Below are positions 28,040 through 38,088 of a stretch of DNA of 64,000 nt, one piece after another. The notes beneath the pieces are model-generated. The model ran no database searches. It saw only the letters and a list, made by a program, of their open reading frames with translations, and had not been told where the DNA came from. Every line of letters begins with the position of its first letter. Positions within the stretch are counted from its first letter, which is position 1. The position numbers and the translations under genes are program-made. Origin of the DNA: Candidatus Eiseniibacteriota bacterium (lineage in GTDB: Bacteria; Arandabacterota; Arandabacteria; Arandabacterales; Arandabacteraceae); contig JAZDEY010000059.1 of assembly GCA_043808325.1 (NCBI GenBank), forward strand, positions 11,218 to 75,217, read 5' to 3'.

Positions 28040-28519
28040 CTACCGTGACTTCCGCTTCATGCTTGCAAAGAGATTGCTCATCTCGAGAGCCGCCAGAGCT
28101 GCATTCCATCCCTTGTTGCCGCTCTTGCCTCCCGATCTCTCAATAGCCTGCTCGATCGAGTCAGCCGTGATCACCCCGAATATCACCGGGACACCGGTGT
28201 CCTCGGCGACCCGCCCTATTCCCTTGGCGACCTCGTGGGCGATTATATCGAAATGGGGAGTTGCACCGCGCACCAGGGCGCCGAGGCAAATCACCGCATC
28301 GTAGCCGCCCCCGTCTGCCAGCTTGCGCGCCGCCAGCGGAATCTCAAATGAGCCGGGCACCCAGGCGATCTCAATAGCATCGTCCTCGGTATTGTGCCTG
28401 CGGAGGCAATCGAGGGCCCCGTCCAGCAGCCTAACCGAGATTGCCTCATTGAACCTGCTCACCACAATCGCAAACTTCCTGCCTTTGCCGTCAAGCACAC
28501 CTTCGAACACCTTGGCCAT
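28040..28519 (-). CDS. ribH: 6,7-dimethyl-8-ribityllumazine synthase
   Basis: [22 protein letters not shown] and GNKG..AA motifs. Confidence 0.97.
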   Translation of the reverse strand: MAKVFEGVLDGKGRKFAIVVSRFNEAISVRLLDGALDCLRRHNTEDDAIEIAWVPGSFEIPLAARKLADGGGYDAVICLGALVRGATPHFDIIAHEVAKGIGRVAEDTGVPVIFGVITADSIEQAIERSGGKSGNKGWNAALAALEMSNLFASMKRKSR

Positions 28520-28614
28520 ACTGCGCCTCCTCTCCGGTCTCTCATCCGATCTTCGGTCTCTGCTCTTCTGTCTCCGGTCCGGTCTCCGCGGCTCCCCCGG
28601 TACTTCTCAGCCGC

Positions 28615-29841
28615 CTACTCGTCAACTGAGATATTCTCCAGCAAGTGACCCAGCTTCGCCCGTTTTGTCGCCAGGTAATCGGCGTTGTTGGGATTGGGAC
28701 AGATCTCGATCGGCACTCGTTCCACCACTTCGAGCCCATAGGCCTCCAGGCCCACGATCTTGCGTGGGTTGTTGGTCAAGAGCCGGATCTTGGTGAGGCC
28801 CAGATCGGCTAGAATCTGAGCGCCGATGCCGTAGTCTCTAGGATCGGCGGGGAAACCGAGATCTTCGTTGGCTTCCACGGTGTCCCGGCCTTGGTCCTGC
28901 AACGCGTATGCCTTTATCTTGTTTGCCAAGCCGATGCTGCGTCCCTCCTGGCGCATATAAAGGAAAACGCCGGCACCGCTGGCTTCGATCATCTTCAGAG
29001 CCTTGCCCAGTTGCTCGCCGCAATCGCACCTCAGGGAACCGAAGATGTCGCCCGTAAGACACTGGGAGTGCACCCTGACCAGAGGCTTGCCCGCCTTGGC
29101 CGGGTCGCCCTTGACGAGCGCGACATGGTGGTGATCGCTTTCCTCACTCTCGTAGAGATAGAGATCGAAATCGCCGTACTTGCTGGGCAGCCGGGTCTTG
29201 GCGATACGCTTGACCAGGACCTCGCGCCTTCTTCGGGATTCAATCAGATCCGCGATCGTTACGATCTTGAGGCCGTGCTCCCCGGCGATATCCAAGAGCC
29301 TCGGAACTCGGGCCATTTTGCCGTCCTCGTCCATAATCTCGCACAGAACACCCGCCGGATAGAGCCCGGCGAGCTTTGCAAGATCCACTACTGCCTCGGT
29401 GTGACCTGCCCTGCGCAGGACTCCGCCATCCATCGCCCGCAACGGAAATATGTGTCCCGGCTTAGCGAGATCGGTGGGCCTGGTCGCCGGATCGACGAGA
29501 GTAGCTATTGTGACCGCTCGATCGTGCGCCGAGCTGCCGGTCGTGGTGTTGCGGACCGCGTCGACCGAGATTGTGAACGGAGTCCCCATCTTGGACGTGT
29601 TATCGACCACCATCGGAGTGACGCCGATATCGTCGAGCCTCTGCTTGGTCATCGCAACGCAGATCAGTCCCCGGCCGTACTTGGCCATGAAGTTTATGGC
29701 CTCCGGCGTTACCTTCTCGGCGGCCTGAATGAAATCACCCTCGTTCTCACGATCCTCGTCATCGACCACGATCACGATCTTACCGTCCCGGATGTCCCCG
29801 ACCGCTTCCTCGATTGTGTCGAATGCTTTCACCCTTCCCAC
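28615..29841 (-). CDS. ribBA: Bifunctional DHBP synthase / GTP cyclohydrolase II
   Basis: [35 protein letters not shown] and LLTNNP.K motifs. Confidence 0.97.
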   Translation of the reverse strand: MGRVKAFDTIEEAVGDIRDGKIVIVVDDEDRENEGDFIQAAEKVTPEAINFMAKYGRGLICVAMTKQRLDDIGVTPMVVDNTSKMGTPFTISVDAVRNTTTGSSAHDRAVTIATLVDPATRPTDLAKPGHIFPLRAMDGGVLRRAGHTEAVVDLAKLAGLYPAGVLCEIMDEDGKMARVPRLLDIAGEHGLKIVTIADLIESRRRREVLVKRIAKTRLPSKYGDFDLYLYESEESDHHHVALVKGDPAKAGKPLVRVHSQCLTGDIFGSLRCDCGEQLGKALKMIEASGAGVFLYMRQEGRSIGLANKIKAYALQDQGRDTVEANEDLGFPADPRDYGIGAQILADLGLTKIRLLTNNPRKIVGLEAYGLEVVERVPIEICPNPNNADYLATKRAKLGHLLENISVDE

Positions 29842-29842
29842 C

Positions 29843-30436
29843 TCACTTTGTCCCAGGCTTCGGACTCAGATACTTCGCAATCTGATCCACTTCCACATTG
29901 ACCACGCTCCCAACCCGCCAGTTCCTGATAATTGTGCCCTCAAGGGTAAACGGTATCACCGTGACTTCGACCATGGAGCCGCGGACCGCCTTCACGGTGA
30001 GGCTCACGCCGTCCAGGCTTATCGATCCTTTCTCGCGAACGTAGATGCGGCAGTCGTCCGGCACCTGCACGGCGAAATCGTAGTTATTGTGTCCGACGCT
30101 GCGCTTGGCCCTGACAGTGCCCGTCCCGTCCACGTGCCCGGAGACCAGGTGACCCGAGATCCGATCTCCCAGGCGAAGTGCCGCTTCCAGGTTGACCGGC
30201 GAGCCCATGGCGAGCAGCGAGAGATTGGTCTTCTTCAGGGTCTCGGCAACCGAATCGCAAGAGAACTCCCGTTCTCTTACGCCTGTCACCGTCTGGCATG
30301 CGCCGTTTACAGCGACACTTGCTCCCGGCTTGAGCTGAGGTGCAACCTCGGGAGCAGCAACCGTGAAGCAGACGGTCCCTTCCCGTCTGGCAATCCCGGT
30401 AACCTTGCCGACCTCGGCAACGATTCCGCTAAACAC
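29843..30436 (-). CDS. ribE: Riboflavin synthase (alpha chain)
   Basis: GTG start giving MFSGIV after a GGAAGGAGG RBS; [20 protein letters not shown] and [13 protein letters not shown] motifs. Confidence 0.95.
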   Translation of the reverse strand: MFSGIVAEVGKVTGIARREGTVCFTVAAPEVAPQLKPGASVAVNGACQTVTGVREREFSCDSVAETLKKTNLSLLAMGSPVNLEAALRLGDRISGHLVSGHVDGTGTVRAKRSVGHNNYDFAVQVPDDCRIYVREKGSISLDGVSLTVKAVRGSMVEVTVIPFTLEGTIIRNWRVGSVVNVEVDQIAKYLSPKPGTK

Positions 30437-31637
30437 GGCGCCTCCTTCCCGGGCTCGCGCCTGTACCGCCGCCTTTGCGCAGTTTGCTCCCCACCGGCCG
30501 GGTCCCCAGGGGATAAACGGTGACCATAAGATCGCCGCCCACGCATTCAAGCGCCTCGATCTTGAAATCCCGGCAGTCATCCGGTACCCTCACCCTCAGG
30601 TCGCCGAAAGATCCCAGGCTCTTGCCCCCACCCATAATTCGCGGGGCGACAAAAGCGATCATCCTATCGACCAGCCCACCCCTAAGAAAAGACGTAAAAA
30701 CGGCACTGCCGCCTTCGACCCAGATATGCATCGTTTTCATCGCTGCGAGAGTATCGACAACGTCCTTGAGATCAAGCATCCCTGGGCGAGCCACCCTTAC
30801 CGGCTCGACAATTGCGCCGCTTCGCTCCAGCCGGTGTCTTCGCCTGGCGAATTCCTTGGCGTGCCATCGATCGGGCTTCCCCGAGAAGACGACCAAGGGG
30901 AATTCCCCGGCGCTCCTCACGAGAGCGCTTCCCGGCGGCGTTGAAAGATAGGTATCCAGAACACACCGATAGTAGTGGCCGGCTCTTCGGGGCTCGGGTA
31001 GCAGCGTGGGATCATCGAGGATCACGGTTCTGGCCCCTACTATGATTGCCTGAGCCTCAGCCCGCAAGGCTCGGACTCGCCTCCGGGAGGCCATCGATGT
31101 GATCCATCTCGCATTTCCAGTGGACGTCGCGATCTTGCCGTCAAGCGTTTGAGCCACCTTCAGAGTGACAAAAGGCTTCCCCGTTTTCATGAACTTGAAG
31201 TAGGCTTCGTTAAGCGCGGTCGCCGCTTGAGCCTCCAGGCCGACGTCGACGCGAATGCCCGCAGCCGCAAGGGCCTTGATTCCTTCTCCATTGACCAGAG
31301 GGTTGGGATCGAGCGTCGATGTTAAGACCTGCCTGATGCCGCTTCCTTTGACGGCCTCGCTGCAGGGCGGCGTCTGCCCGAAATGGCAGCAGGGCTCGAG
31401 ACTGACATAAAGGTCCGCGCCTCGGGAGCGTCTGCCGGCATCCTTGATCGCCTCGATTTCGGCATGATCCCGGCCCCACCCCCGGTGGAAGCCGCGGCCC
31501 ACAATCTCACCGTTCTTAACGAGAACCGCTCCCACCGCAGGATTGGGATAGGTCTTGCCCTTGCCCAAGCGAGCAAGTTCGAGGGCGGTCCTCATCACGC
31601 CGTGCTGCCATTCCTGCCAGGGTCCCCTGGTTCGCAC
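30429..31637 (-). CDS. ribD: Riboflavin biosynthesis deaminase/reductase
   Basis: PNPAVG, HAE, LEPCCH.G.TPPC, TLDGKIA and VEGG motifs. Confidence 0.96.
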   Translation of the reverse strand: MRTRGPWQEWQHGVMRTALELARLGKGKTYPNPAVGAVLVKNGEIVGRGFHRGWGRDHAEIEAIKDAGRRSRGADLYVSLEPCCHFGQTPPCSEAVKGSGIRQVLTSTLDPNPLVNGEGIKALAAAGIRVDVGLEAQAATALNEAYFKFMKTGKPFVTLKVAQTLDGKIATSTGNARWITSMASRRRVRALRAEAQAIIVGARTVILDDPTLLPEPRRAGHYYRCVLDTYLSTPPGSALVRSAGEFPLVVFSGKPDRWHAKEFARRRHRLERSGAIVEPVRVARPGMLDLKDVVDTLAAMKTMHIWVEGGSAVFTSFLRGGLVDRMIAFVAPRIMGGGKSLGSFGDLRVRVPDDCRDFKIEALECVGGDLMVTVYPLGTRPVGSKLRKGGGTGASPGRRRRV

Positions 31638-31687
31638 GCAAGCCTTCTTTCGTAGCTAGCTCACTCGTGATCCCGCGGCCGGCCCCC

Positions 31688-31720
31688 AAAAACGCAAAAC
31701 CCGAAGTCGGCCTTCGGGTT
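31688..31720 (-). terminator. Intrinsic terminator (FMN riboswitch expression platform)
   Basis: Minus strand AACCCGAAG-GCCGA-CTTCGGGTT followed by TTGCGTTTTT, between the aptamer and ribD. Confidence 0.85.
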
Positions 31721-31739
31721 CACACACACTTCACCAGAA

Positions 31740-31856
31740 CCTTCTCCCTTCCGGACTCTACCGTCGGCCCCGGAATTTCGCCGGGTCTGCGGTCCAGCGT
31801 CTGGACCGCTCGCGGGCTCTAACCGCCGGTGGGGACTTTCACCCCGCCCCGAAGGC
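31740..31856 (-). ncRNA. FMN riboswitch (RFN element)
   Basis: Minus strand CTTCGGGGCGGGGTGAAAGTCCCCACCGGCGGT...GCCCGCGA...GACCCGGCGAAATTCCGGGGCCGACGGTAGAGTCCGGAAGGGAGAAG fits the RFN consensus and lies upstream of ribD. Confidence 0.96.
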
Positions 31857-31872
31857 CCCTATTTCACGCTCG

Positions 31873-31901
31873 AAGTTAACACACCGACCGCAAGGTGTCA
31901 A
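31873..31901 (-). promoter_or_regulatory. sigma70 promoter of the rib operon
   Basis: TTGACA-17 nt-TAACTT with an extended -10 TG, immediately upstream of the riboswitch. Confidence 0.75.
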
Positions 31902-31991
31902 CTACAGATTGCCCGTCGCACTCAAGTGTTGGCACCTGCCGGGGATCCGGACCAACGGCCGTTCCGGGTGTCCCCTGGGCCCCCAACAAGC

Positions 31992-32915
31992 TCACCCCAG
32001 CAGAGCCTCCGCAAAAGCTGCTGCATCGAAGGTCTCGAGATCTTCAAGAGACTCGCCGGTCCCGATGTAGTCAATCGGTATGCCCAGCTCTTTGGCGATC
32101 GCGACAACGATGCCGCCCTTGGCAGTGCCGTCCAATTTCGCGACCACGATGCCGGTGACGCCGCAGGCTTTGGAGAAGGCCAGAGCCTGGGAAATCGCGT
32201 TCTGCCCGGTGGTCGCATCCAGAACAAGCAGAACCTCTTGGGGGGCACCCTCGACCACCTTGCCCACCACCCGACCGATCTTGGAGACCTCCTCCATCAG
32301 GTTCTTCTTGGTCTGGAGTCTTCCGGCGGTATCTATGATCACCACGTCCGTCCCGCGGGCCTTGGCCGCCGTGCACGCATCGTAGGCCACCGAGGCGGCA
32401 TCTGCCCCGAGCTTGTGCTTAACAACAGCGGCGCCTACTCGGCCGGCCCAGACTTCCAGCTGTTCGATCGCGGCGGCCCTGTAGGTATCTGCCGCAGCCA
32501 AGAGGACGCTCTTCCCTTCACTCTTGTAGCGATGGGCAAGCTTGGCAATAGTTGTGGTCTTGCCCGTGCCGTTGACGCCCACAACCATGACCACGCGGGG
32601 CGTGCTCTCGGAGGCCGCGGCGCACGGCTCCGCCGAGTGGAGTATCCGTACAATCTCCTGCTTGATGGAGTCTCTTATGGCGTCGGCGTCAGGCGGCACC
32701 TGACCCGATTTGACGCGCTCTACGATCTCGCCTGCCGTGCGGACTCCAACATCGGCGCCCACTAGGAGCTCCTCAATGTCCTCGAGGATCTTGCTCTTAT
32801 CCCCGCCGGAGCTCAGGATGCGGGTGAGTCCGCCGGTTAAGGCTTCACTGGTCTTCTTGAGGCCGGCCTTGAAGATCTTGAATCTCTTGGAGAAGATATC
32901 GACCACGGCTATCAA
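31992..32915 (-). CDS. ftsY: Signal recognition particle receptor FtsY
   Basis: GVNGTGKTTT, DTYRAAA, DTAGR, KLDGTAKGG and GTGE motifs. Confidence 0.97.
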   Translation of the reverse strand: MIAVVDIFSKRFKIFKAGLKKTSEALTGGLTRILSSGGDKSKILEDIEELLVGADVGVRTAGEIVERVKSGQVPPDADAIRDSIKQEIVRILHSAEPCAAASESTPRVVMVVGVNGTGKTTTIAKLAHRYKSEGKSVLLAAADTYRAAAIEQLEVWAGRVGAAVVKHKLGADAASVAYDACTAAKARGTDVVIIDTAGRLQTKKNLMEEVSKIGRVVGKVVEGAPQEVLLVLDATTGQNAISQALAFSKACGVTGIVVAKLDGTAKGGIVVAIAKELGIPIDYIGTGESLEDLETFDAAAFAEALLG

Positions 32916-35900
32916 GCTCCCGGCGTTCCGGCAACCGCCTCCTTGGCACGCTCCAACTTGACCGAGACGATCCGCGAAATCCCGGGCTCCTGCATGGTGA
33001 CGCCGTAAAGACTCGATGCGCTTTCCATGGTTCTCTTGTTGTGAGTTACCATCAAGAACTGAGTTCTGCCTGAGAAATTCTTAAGCAGATTGATGAATCG
33101 CACCACGTTGGCATCATCAAGCGGGGCGTCCACCTCATCCAAGAGACAGAACGGGCTTGGCTTGGTGTAGTACACGGCAAAGATGAATGCGATCGCCGTC
33201 AGGGCACGTTCCCCACCGGACAGGAGCGAGATGTGATCCAATTTCTTGCCGCTCGGCTGGGCAAGGACCTCAACCGGCGACTCCAGCGGATCATTCTCGT
33301 CCTGGAGCCTTAAGTCGGCATCGCCCCCCGCGAAGAGAGTCTGGAAGTTCTTGCGGAAATCCTGTCGCACCTTGGCGAAGGTATCGGTGAACTCAGCCCT
33401 GGCGCGTTTGTTGATCTGGAGGATCGCCTCATCCAGGCTCTCACGGGCCTTCACCAGATCGTCGCGCTGGGCCTTAAGGAAGTCATAGCGCTGTTTCTCG
33501 ACGTCGTATTCCTCAAGCGCCACGAGATTGACCGGCCCAAGATTCCGCAGGTGATCCCTGAGCTTTCTCAGTTCGTCTTCGCAGTTGTCGATCGCCTCGA
33601 GACCTTCGAAATCGATGGAATCGATATCGATCTCGTACTCCTCGAGCATCCGCTGCTTGAGGGTATCGCACTTGACCCCGAGAAGATTAAGTTCCGATTG
33701 GAGAGACTGCCTGGCGGAAAGAAACTGCTCTCTCTCGGCGTGGGCAGTCCTGATCCGGCCGCGCGCACCCTCAACCGCCACTTCGAGATCGCGTTTCTTC
33801 GCAACCACGTCGTTCCGCTGGCGTTCAAGATCGCTCAAGGCCCCGAGCAGTCTATGGATCTCGGCAACCAGTTTCTGATGGCCCTCCGCAAGCTGTCGCT
33901 TTTTCTCGACCATTTCCCGCTCGATCTGATCAAGATCGGCGAGTTCCCTATCCACGGCCTCGATTTCGCCCTTCACGCGCGCAATGGTGTCGTTTATGAA
34001 GCTCCCGGCCGCCTCCAGCCTTAACATCTCCACGTTGGTCTCCTCAAGCCGCCGCCCCAGGGCGTCCACTTGCTGCTCGAGGTCGTCATGACTCTCAACC
34101 CTGGAAAAGAGGTCAGCCTGGTCGGTCGACGGAAGACCTGGATCGCGGGCCAGGTTCGCGATCTCCTGATCGGCCGCTCCAATCAGGTTCCGGAGACGCT
34201 CAATCTCGCCGTCAAGTTCTTGGCGCGATCTCTCGAGTAAGTCTCTCTCCGCGATCCTGCTTTCAAGCAGCTTCTCCAGATCGGTAAGCGATCGTCTCCC
34301 GTCCTCATGACTCTTCTGCTTTGCCTCACGCTCGGCCTGTAAGGCCGCCCGGCTCGCACGCAACTCCTCGAAGCCCCTTTCCTGCTCCTCGGAGAGCTTC
34401 CTCAGAGCCTCGACCCGGTCGGCGAGCTCACACAGCTTCTGCTTCCGGCCTATGAAGACGCCCGAAGAGTCCCCGTTGCTGCCGGCCCTCACTATGTTGC
34501 CGCGGAGCACCGCATCGCCGTCGGGGGTAACGTAGTCATGGTCGCCGTTGCCTTCTTGCCTGGAGAGCGTAAAGGCCCGGTCGAGATCCTCCACAATCAC
34601 AAAGTCCCGGAGCAGATATTCGATGGCCCCTCTGTATCTGGGTTCGCAGTCGACAAAATCCGTAACTCTGCCCATGATGCCTTCCCCACCGGGATCGGCA
34701 GACCCGCCCCTGCCCTCGGGAATTCTATCCAGTAAGAGTAGCGTGGCCGGTCCCTTCTTCTCTGCTTTGAGCATGCGGACCGAGTCGATCGCATGTTCTT
34801 TGCCGTCCACAATCACATACTGAAGGGCGTTATGCAGAGCGGCAGCAAGCGCCGGCTCGAAACGCGGCTCGGTGCACCGCACGATGTCGCCAACGACCCC
34901 GTGTACGCCCCGGCGCTCAGTCTCGCCTTGCATCAGCGCCCGGACACCGTTCTCATACCCTTCATAGCGCTCCATGAATTCCTTGAAGAGATCGTGGCGT
35001 GACGACGCCCGCGCTCCTTCCTCGGCAAGTTTCTGGAGCTCGTCCCTTATCAGATCAACTTTGTGGGTCACCTCGTCAATCACGCGTGCGAGATCGTCGA
35101 TGGCGATCCCCTCGGCCGCGAAGGCAGCGCTGAGGTTCTTGAGGTCACCCCCGGCCCACTCGATCTCCTCATCCAGGTCCTTCAGGCGGCCTACCACCGC
35201 CCCGCGCTTGGCCAGGGACTTCTCGAGCGTCTCCTCCAGGTGACCCTTCCGGGCCCGCATCTCGGTGAGCGAGGAGGCCGCATCTATGGTGCGTTTCATG
35301 TCTTCAAGGCGCTTCCTCGCGGAGGCCACCGATTCCTCTCTCCGCGATCTCAGCTCCGCGTCAAGCCGCCGGTATTCATCCTGAAGCTCGCGATAGGTCT
35401 TGGAGAGCCCTTCGATTCGCCGGGCGGTCTCACCCGCTTCCCCGGTCTTGGCAGCGGCCAGATCGGATTTGGCCTTGACGAGACCCTGCTTCTCACTTCT
35501 ATCTCGAGCCAGCTCGGCAAGTCTCTCATCGATCGATCGAGCGCGCTCAGCCAGGACGCCCTTGTCGCTCTCCAGCTTCTGAGTCTCCTGAGTGGTCCGG
35601 GCGATCCGCCGGCCTTGCTGGTTTATCTCTTCATCGAGGCCCACGATCGCAAGCCGGGAATTCTCGATCTCCGCCTCAAGCGTTGAGATCCGGCCGGCTT
35701 GCTCGGCCATACTGGTATCTATGGTTTCCTGGTCCTTCGCCACTTCACCCTGACGCTTCTTCATCGAGTCGTATTCTTGGGCCGAAGCATAGGTGGCGAC
35801 CTGCTTGATGCGATCGGTCAGCCGCTCGTAACGTCTTGCCTTGGCGGCCTGCCGAGCAAGCTGGCCGACCCTGCGTTCGACTTCGCTTATCAGGTCGTGG

Positions 35901-36472
35901 ACACGCTCGAGATCCCGCTGGGTGAGCTCCAGCTTGCTCTGGGTTTCCCTGCGGCGCGACTTGTACTTGCTGATCCCGGCGGCTTCCTCGATGATCTTCC
36001 TGCGCTGCCCCGAGGTGTCATCCAGAATCCACTCGATCATTTCGCGTTCCATCACCGAATAAGCACGCCTCCCCAGGCCGGTACCAAGGAAGAGGTCGAC
36101 GATGTCCTTGAGCCTAGATGGAACATTGTTAATCAAGAAATCGCTGTCGCCCGATCTGTAAAAGCGGCGTGTGATTGTTACATCGTTGTACTCCACCGGG
36201 AGGCAATCCCGGACATCGGAGAGTGTGAGCGAAACCTCGGCGAAGCCGACGGGTTTCCTCAGCGCGGTCCCCGCGAAGATCACATCCTCGACACGGGTGC
36301 CCCGCAGCAGCCGTACGTTCTCCTCACCCAGCACCCATCTTATGGCATCGCAAATGTTGGTCTTACCACACCCGTTGGGGCCGACCACTGCGGTAATCCC
36401 CGATTCCAAGTCGACGACGGTCTTGTCCACAAACGACTTGAATCCGACCATCTCGATCCTGCTAACAATCAC
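32912..36472 (-). CDS. smc: Chromosome segregation protein SMC
   Basis: GFKSF, Walker A GPNGCGKTN, coiled coils and hinge, LSGGE signature and Walker B LLDEVDAPLD. Confidence 0.97.
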   Translation of the reverse strand: MIVSRIEMVGFKSFVDKTVVDLESGITAVVGPNGCGKTNICDAIRWVLGEENVRLLRGTRVEDVIFAGTALRKPVGFAEVSLTLSDVRDCLPVEYNDVTITRRFYRSGDSDFLINNVPSRLKDIVDLFLGTGLGRRAYSVMEREMIEWILDDTSGQRRKIIEEAAGISKYKSRRRETQSKLELTQRDLERVHDLISEVERRVGQLARQAAKARRYERLTDRIKQVATYASAQEYDSMKKRQGEVAKDQETIDTSMAEQAGRISTLEAEIENSRLAIVGLDEEINQQGRRIARTTQETQKLESDKGVLAERARSIDERLAELARDRSEKQGLVKAKSDLAAAKTGEAGETARRIEGLSKTYRELQDEYRRLDAELRSRREESVASARKRLEDMKRTIDAASSLTEMRARKGHLEETLEKSLAKRGAVVGRLKDLDEEIEWAGGDLKNLSAAFAAEGIAIDDLARVIDEVTHKVDLIRDELQKLAEEGARASSRHDLFKEFMERYEGYENGVRALMQGETERRGVHGVVGDIVRCTEPRFEPALAAALHNALQYVIVDGKEHAIDSVRMLKAEKKGPATLLLLDRIPEGRGGSADPGGEGIMGRVTDFVDCEPRYRGAIEYLLRDFVIVEDLDRAFTLSRQEGNGDHDYVTPDGDAVLRGNIVRAGSNGDSSGVFIGRKQKLCELADRVEALRKLSEEQERGFEELRASRAALQAEREAKQKSHEDGRRSLTDLEKLLESRIAERDLLERSRQELDGEIERLRNLIGAADQEIANLARDPGLPSTDQADLFSRVESHDDLEQQVDALGRRLEETNVEMLRLEAAGSFINDTIARVKGEIEAVDRELADLDQIEREMVEKKRQLAEGHQKLVAEIHRLLGALSDLERQRNDVVAKKRDLEVAVEGARGRIRTAHAEREQFLSARQSLQSELNLLGVKCDTLKQRMLEEYEIDIDSIDFEGLEAIDNCEDELRKLRDHLRNLGPVNLVALEEYDVEKQRYDFLKAQRDDLVKARESLDEAILQINKRARAEFTDTFAKVRQDFRKNFQTLFAGGDADLRLQDENDPLESPVEVLAQPSGKKLDHISLLSGGERALTAIAFIFAVYYTKPSPFCLLDEVDAPLDDANVVRFINLLKNFSGRTQFLMVTHNKRTMESASSLYGVTMQEPGISRIVSVKLERAKEAVAGTPGA

Positions 36473-36500
36473 CTGATATCAGCTCCTCTCTCGCTCCCGC

Positions 36501-37940
36501 CTATCCTGCCGGCCTTCCCCCCTGATTATTCCCCCCCCCCGCAAACGCCGTCGTGACCTGCCGGGTAAGCAGGTCGTCCTCACCGGGCTGGACCGTCCTG
36601 AAATCTATGTAGACTCTGCCTTCAACTATCCTTGCTATGATCGGCACTTCGCACCGTCTTAAGATGTCGATGATCTCATCCGCGGAGTGCTCGCTCGCCT
36701 CCAGGCTCACAACGCAGGTTTCGAGATCGGCCAGAGGAAGCGAGCCTCCGCCAACCTGAGAAGTGGATCTAGCGACCCCAACCTTGAACGCCTTCCCCAG
36801 CTTCGGCGCCAGGGTCTCGGCTGCGCGCCTCGCGCGATGCTCGAGATCGCCAAGCGGGCATGCCAGCATCCTCAAAGTCGGAATCATCTGGGGCAGGTTG
36901 TCGGGTTCGAGATAGAGCCGCAAGGTCTCCTCCAGGGCAGCAAGGGTCATCTTATCAAGGCGAAGCGCTCTGGCGAGCGGATTGAGCTTCATCTTCTCGA
37001 TCGCACTCTGCTTGCCAACGATAAGGCCTGCCTGCGGCCCTCCCAGCAGCTTGTCTCCACTGAAGGTCACCACGTCGGCTCCGTCGGCGATGCAATCCTC
37101 GGGCATCGGCTCCCTGGGGATCCCCATCGTTGATAGGTCAACCAGCGCACCACTGCCGAGATCCTCGATCAGGACGAGCCCGTGCCCGTGCGCGAGACCC
37201 GCAAGTTCCCTGCGTGAAGGAGACTCGACATATCCGGTCATCGCGAAATTGGAATGATGGACTTTGAGAATCACTGCGGTCGCTTGGGTGATTGCGGCTT
37301 CGTAGTCTTGGAGCCGCGTCCGGTTGGTGGTGCCCACCTCGACCAGCTCGGTGCCGCTCTTTTCCATCACATCGGGAAGCCGGAAGGATCCGCCGATTTC
37401 CACCAGCTCTCCACGGGAGACAATCGACTGCTTACCGAAGGCCAGCGTGTTCATAGCCAGGAGGAGTGCGGCTGCATTGTTGTTGACCGCAAACCCGTCC
37501 TCGGAGCCGGCGACACGGGAGACGAGAGCATCGATGGTTGCTGTCCTCGAGGTCCTCGTTCCTTCAACCAAGTCGAATTCGAGACTGGAATAGGATCGCG
37601 CAACTTCCTTGACCGCGGCGATCGCGGCCTCCGCGAGGATCGATCTGCCGAGATTGGTGTGGATCACCACCCCGGTCGCATTTATCACTCTGCGGATTCC
37701 GCGCTGTGATAGGATGCGAGCTTTCACTCTGACCTGTTCAGCAAGATCGTCCGGTTCCGGCGCTTTGGCGACTCGGCCCTCGGTTATGGCTTGCCTGGTC
37801 TCAGCCAGCACGTCCCGCACCGCGTCCACCACAATCCATCGTGGCAAGCTATCAGCGAGGCCCACAATCGCTGGGTCCCCCAGCAGGCGTTCCACCGACG
37901 GGATCGCCCGCAGAAGCTCCGCTTTAGGCCCGTTTGCCAC
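36501..37940 (-). CDS. selA: L-seryl-tRNA(Sec) selenium transferase
   Basis: VINATGVVIHTNLGR, VNNNAAA, SRGELVEIGGSFR, EVGTTNRT and FSGDKLLGGPQAG motifs. GTG 37940 follows an AAGGAGGT RBS. Confidence 0.95.
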   Translation of the reverse strand: MANGPKAELLRAIPSVERLLGDPAIVGLADSLPRWIVVDAVRDVLAETRQAITEGRVAKAPEPDDLAEQVRVKARILSQRGIRRVINATGVVIHTNLGRSILAEAAIAAVKEVARSYSSLEFDLVEGTRTSRTATIDALVSRVAGSEDGFAVNNNAAALLLAMNTLAFGKQSIVSRGELVEIGGSFRLPDVMEKSGTELVEVGTTNRTRLQDYEAAITQATAVILKVHHSNFAMTGYVESPSRRELAGLAHGHGLVLIEDLGSGALVDLSTMGIPREPMPEDCIADGADVVTFSGDKLLGGPQAGLIVGKQSAIEKMKLNPLARALRLDKMTLAALEETLRLYLEPDNLPQMIPTLRMLACPLGDLEHRARRAAETLAPKLGKAFKVGVARSTSQVGGGSLPLADLETCVVSLEASEHSADEIIDILRRCEVPIIARIVEGRVYIDFRTVQPGEDDLLTRQVTTAFAGGGNNQGGRPAG

Positions 37941-37968
37941 TTTTGCCGCAACCTCCTTATTTTTTGCC

Positions 37969-37997
37969 AATTTAACAGAACCCTGCTGATCCGTCAA
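37969..37997 (-). promoter_or_regulatory. Candidate sigma70 promoter for selA-smc-ftsY
   Basis: TTGACG-17 nt-TAAATT with an extended -10 TG in an AT-rich gap. Confidence 0.6.
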
Positions 37998-38021
37998 GTC
38001 AATAGATTTCAATAAATTGTG

Positions 38022-38049
38022 TTGAATTTGTGCATAGCATTCTGATAAT
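38022..38049 (+). promoter_or_regulatory. Candidate promoter for the amidase gene
   Basis: TTGAAT-16 nt-GATAAT upstream of an AAAGGAG RBS. Confidence 0.4.
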
Positions 38050-38088
38050 AAGTTTGTAACCCTTTGCGTATTAAAGGAGAAGATTGCG

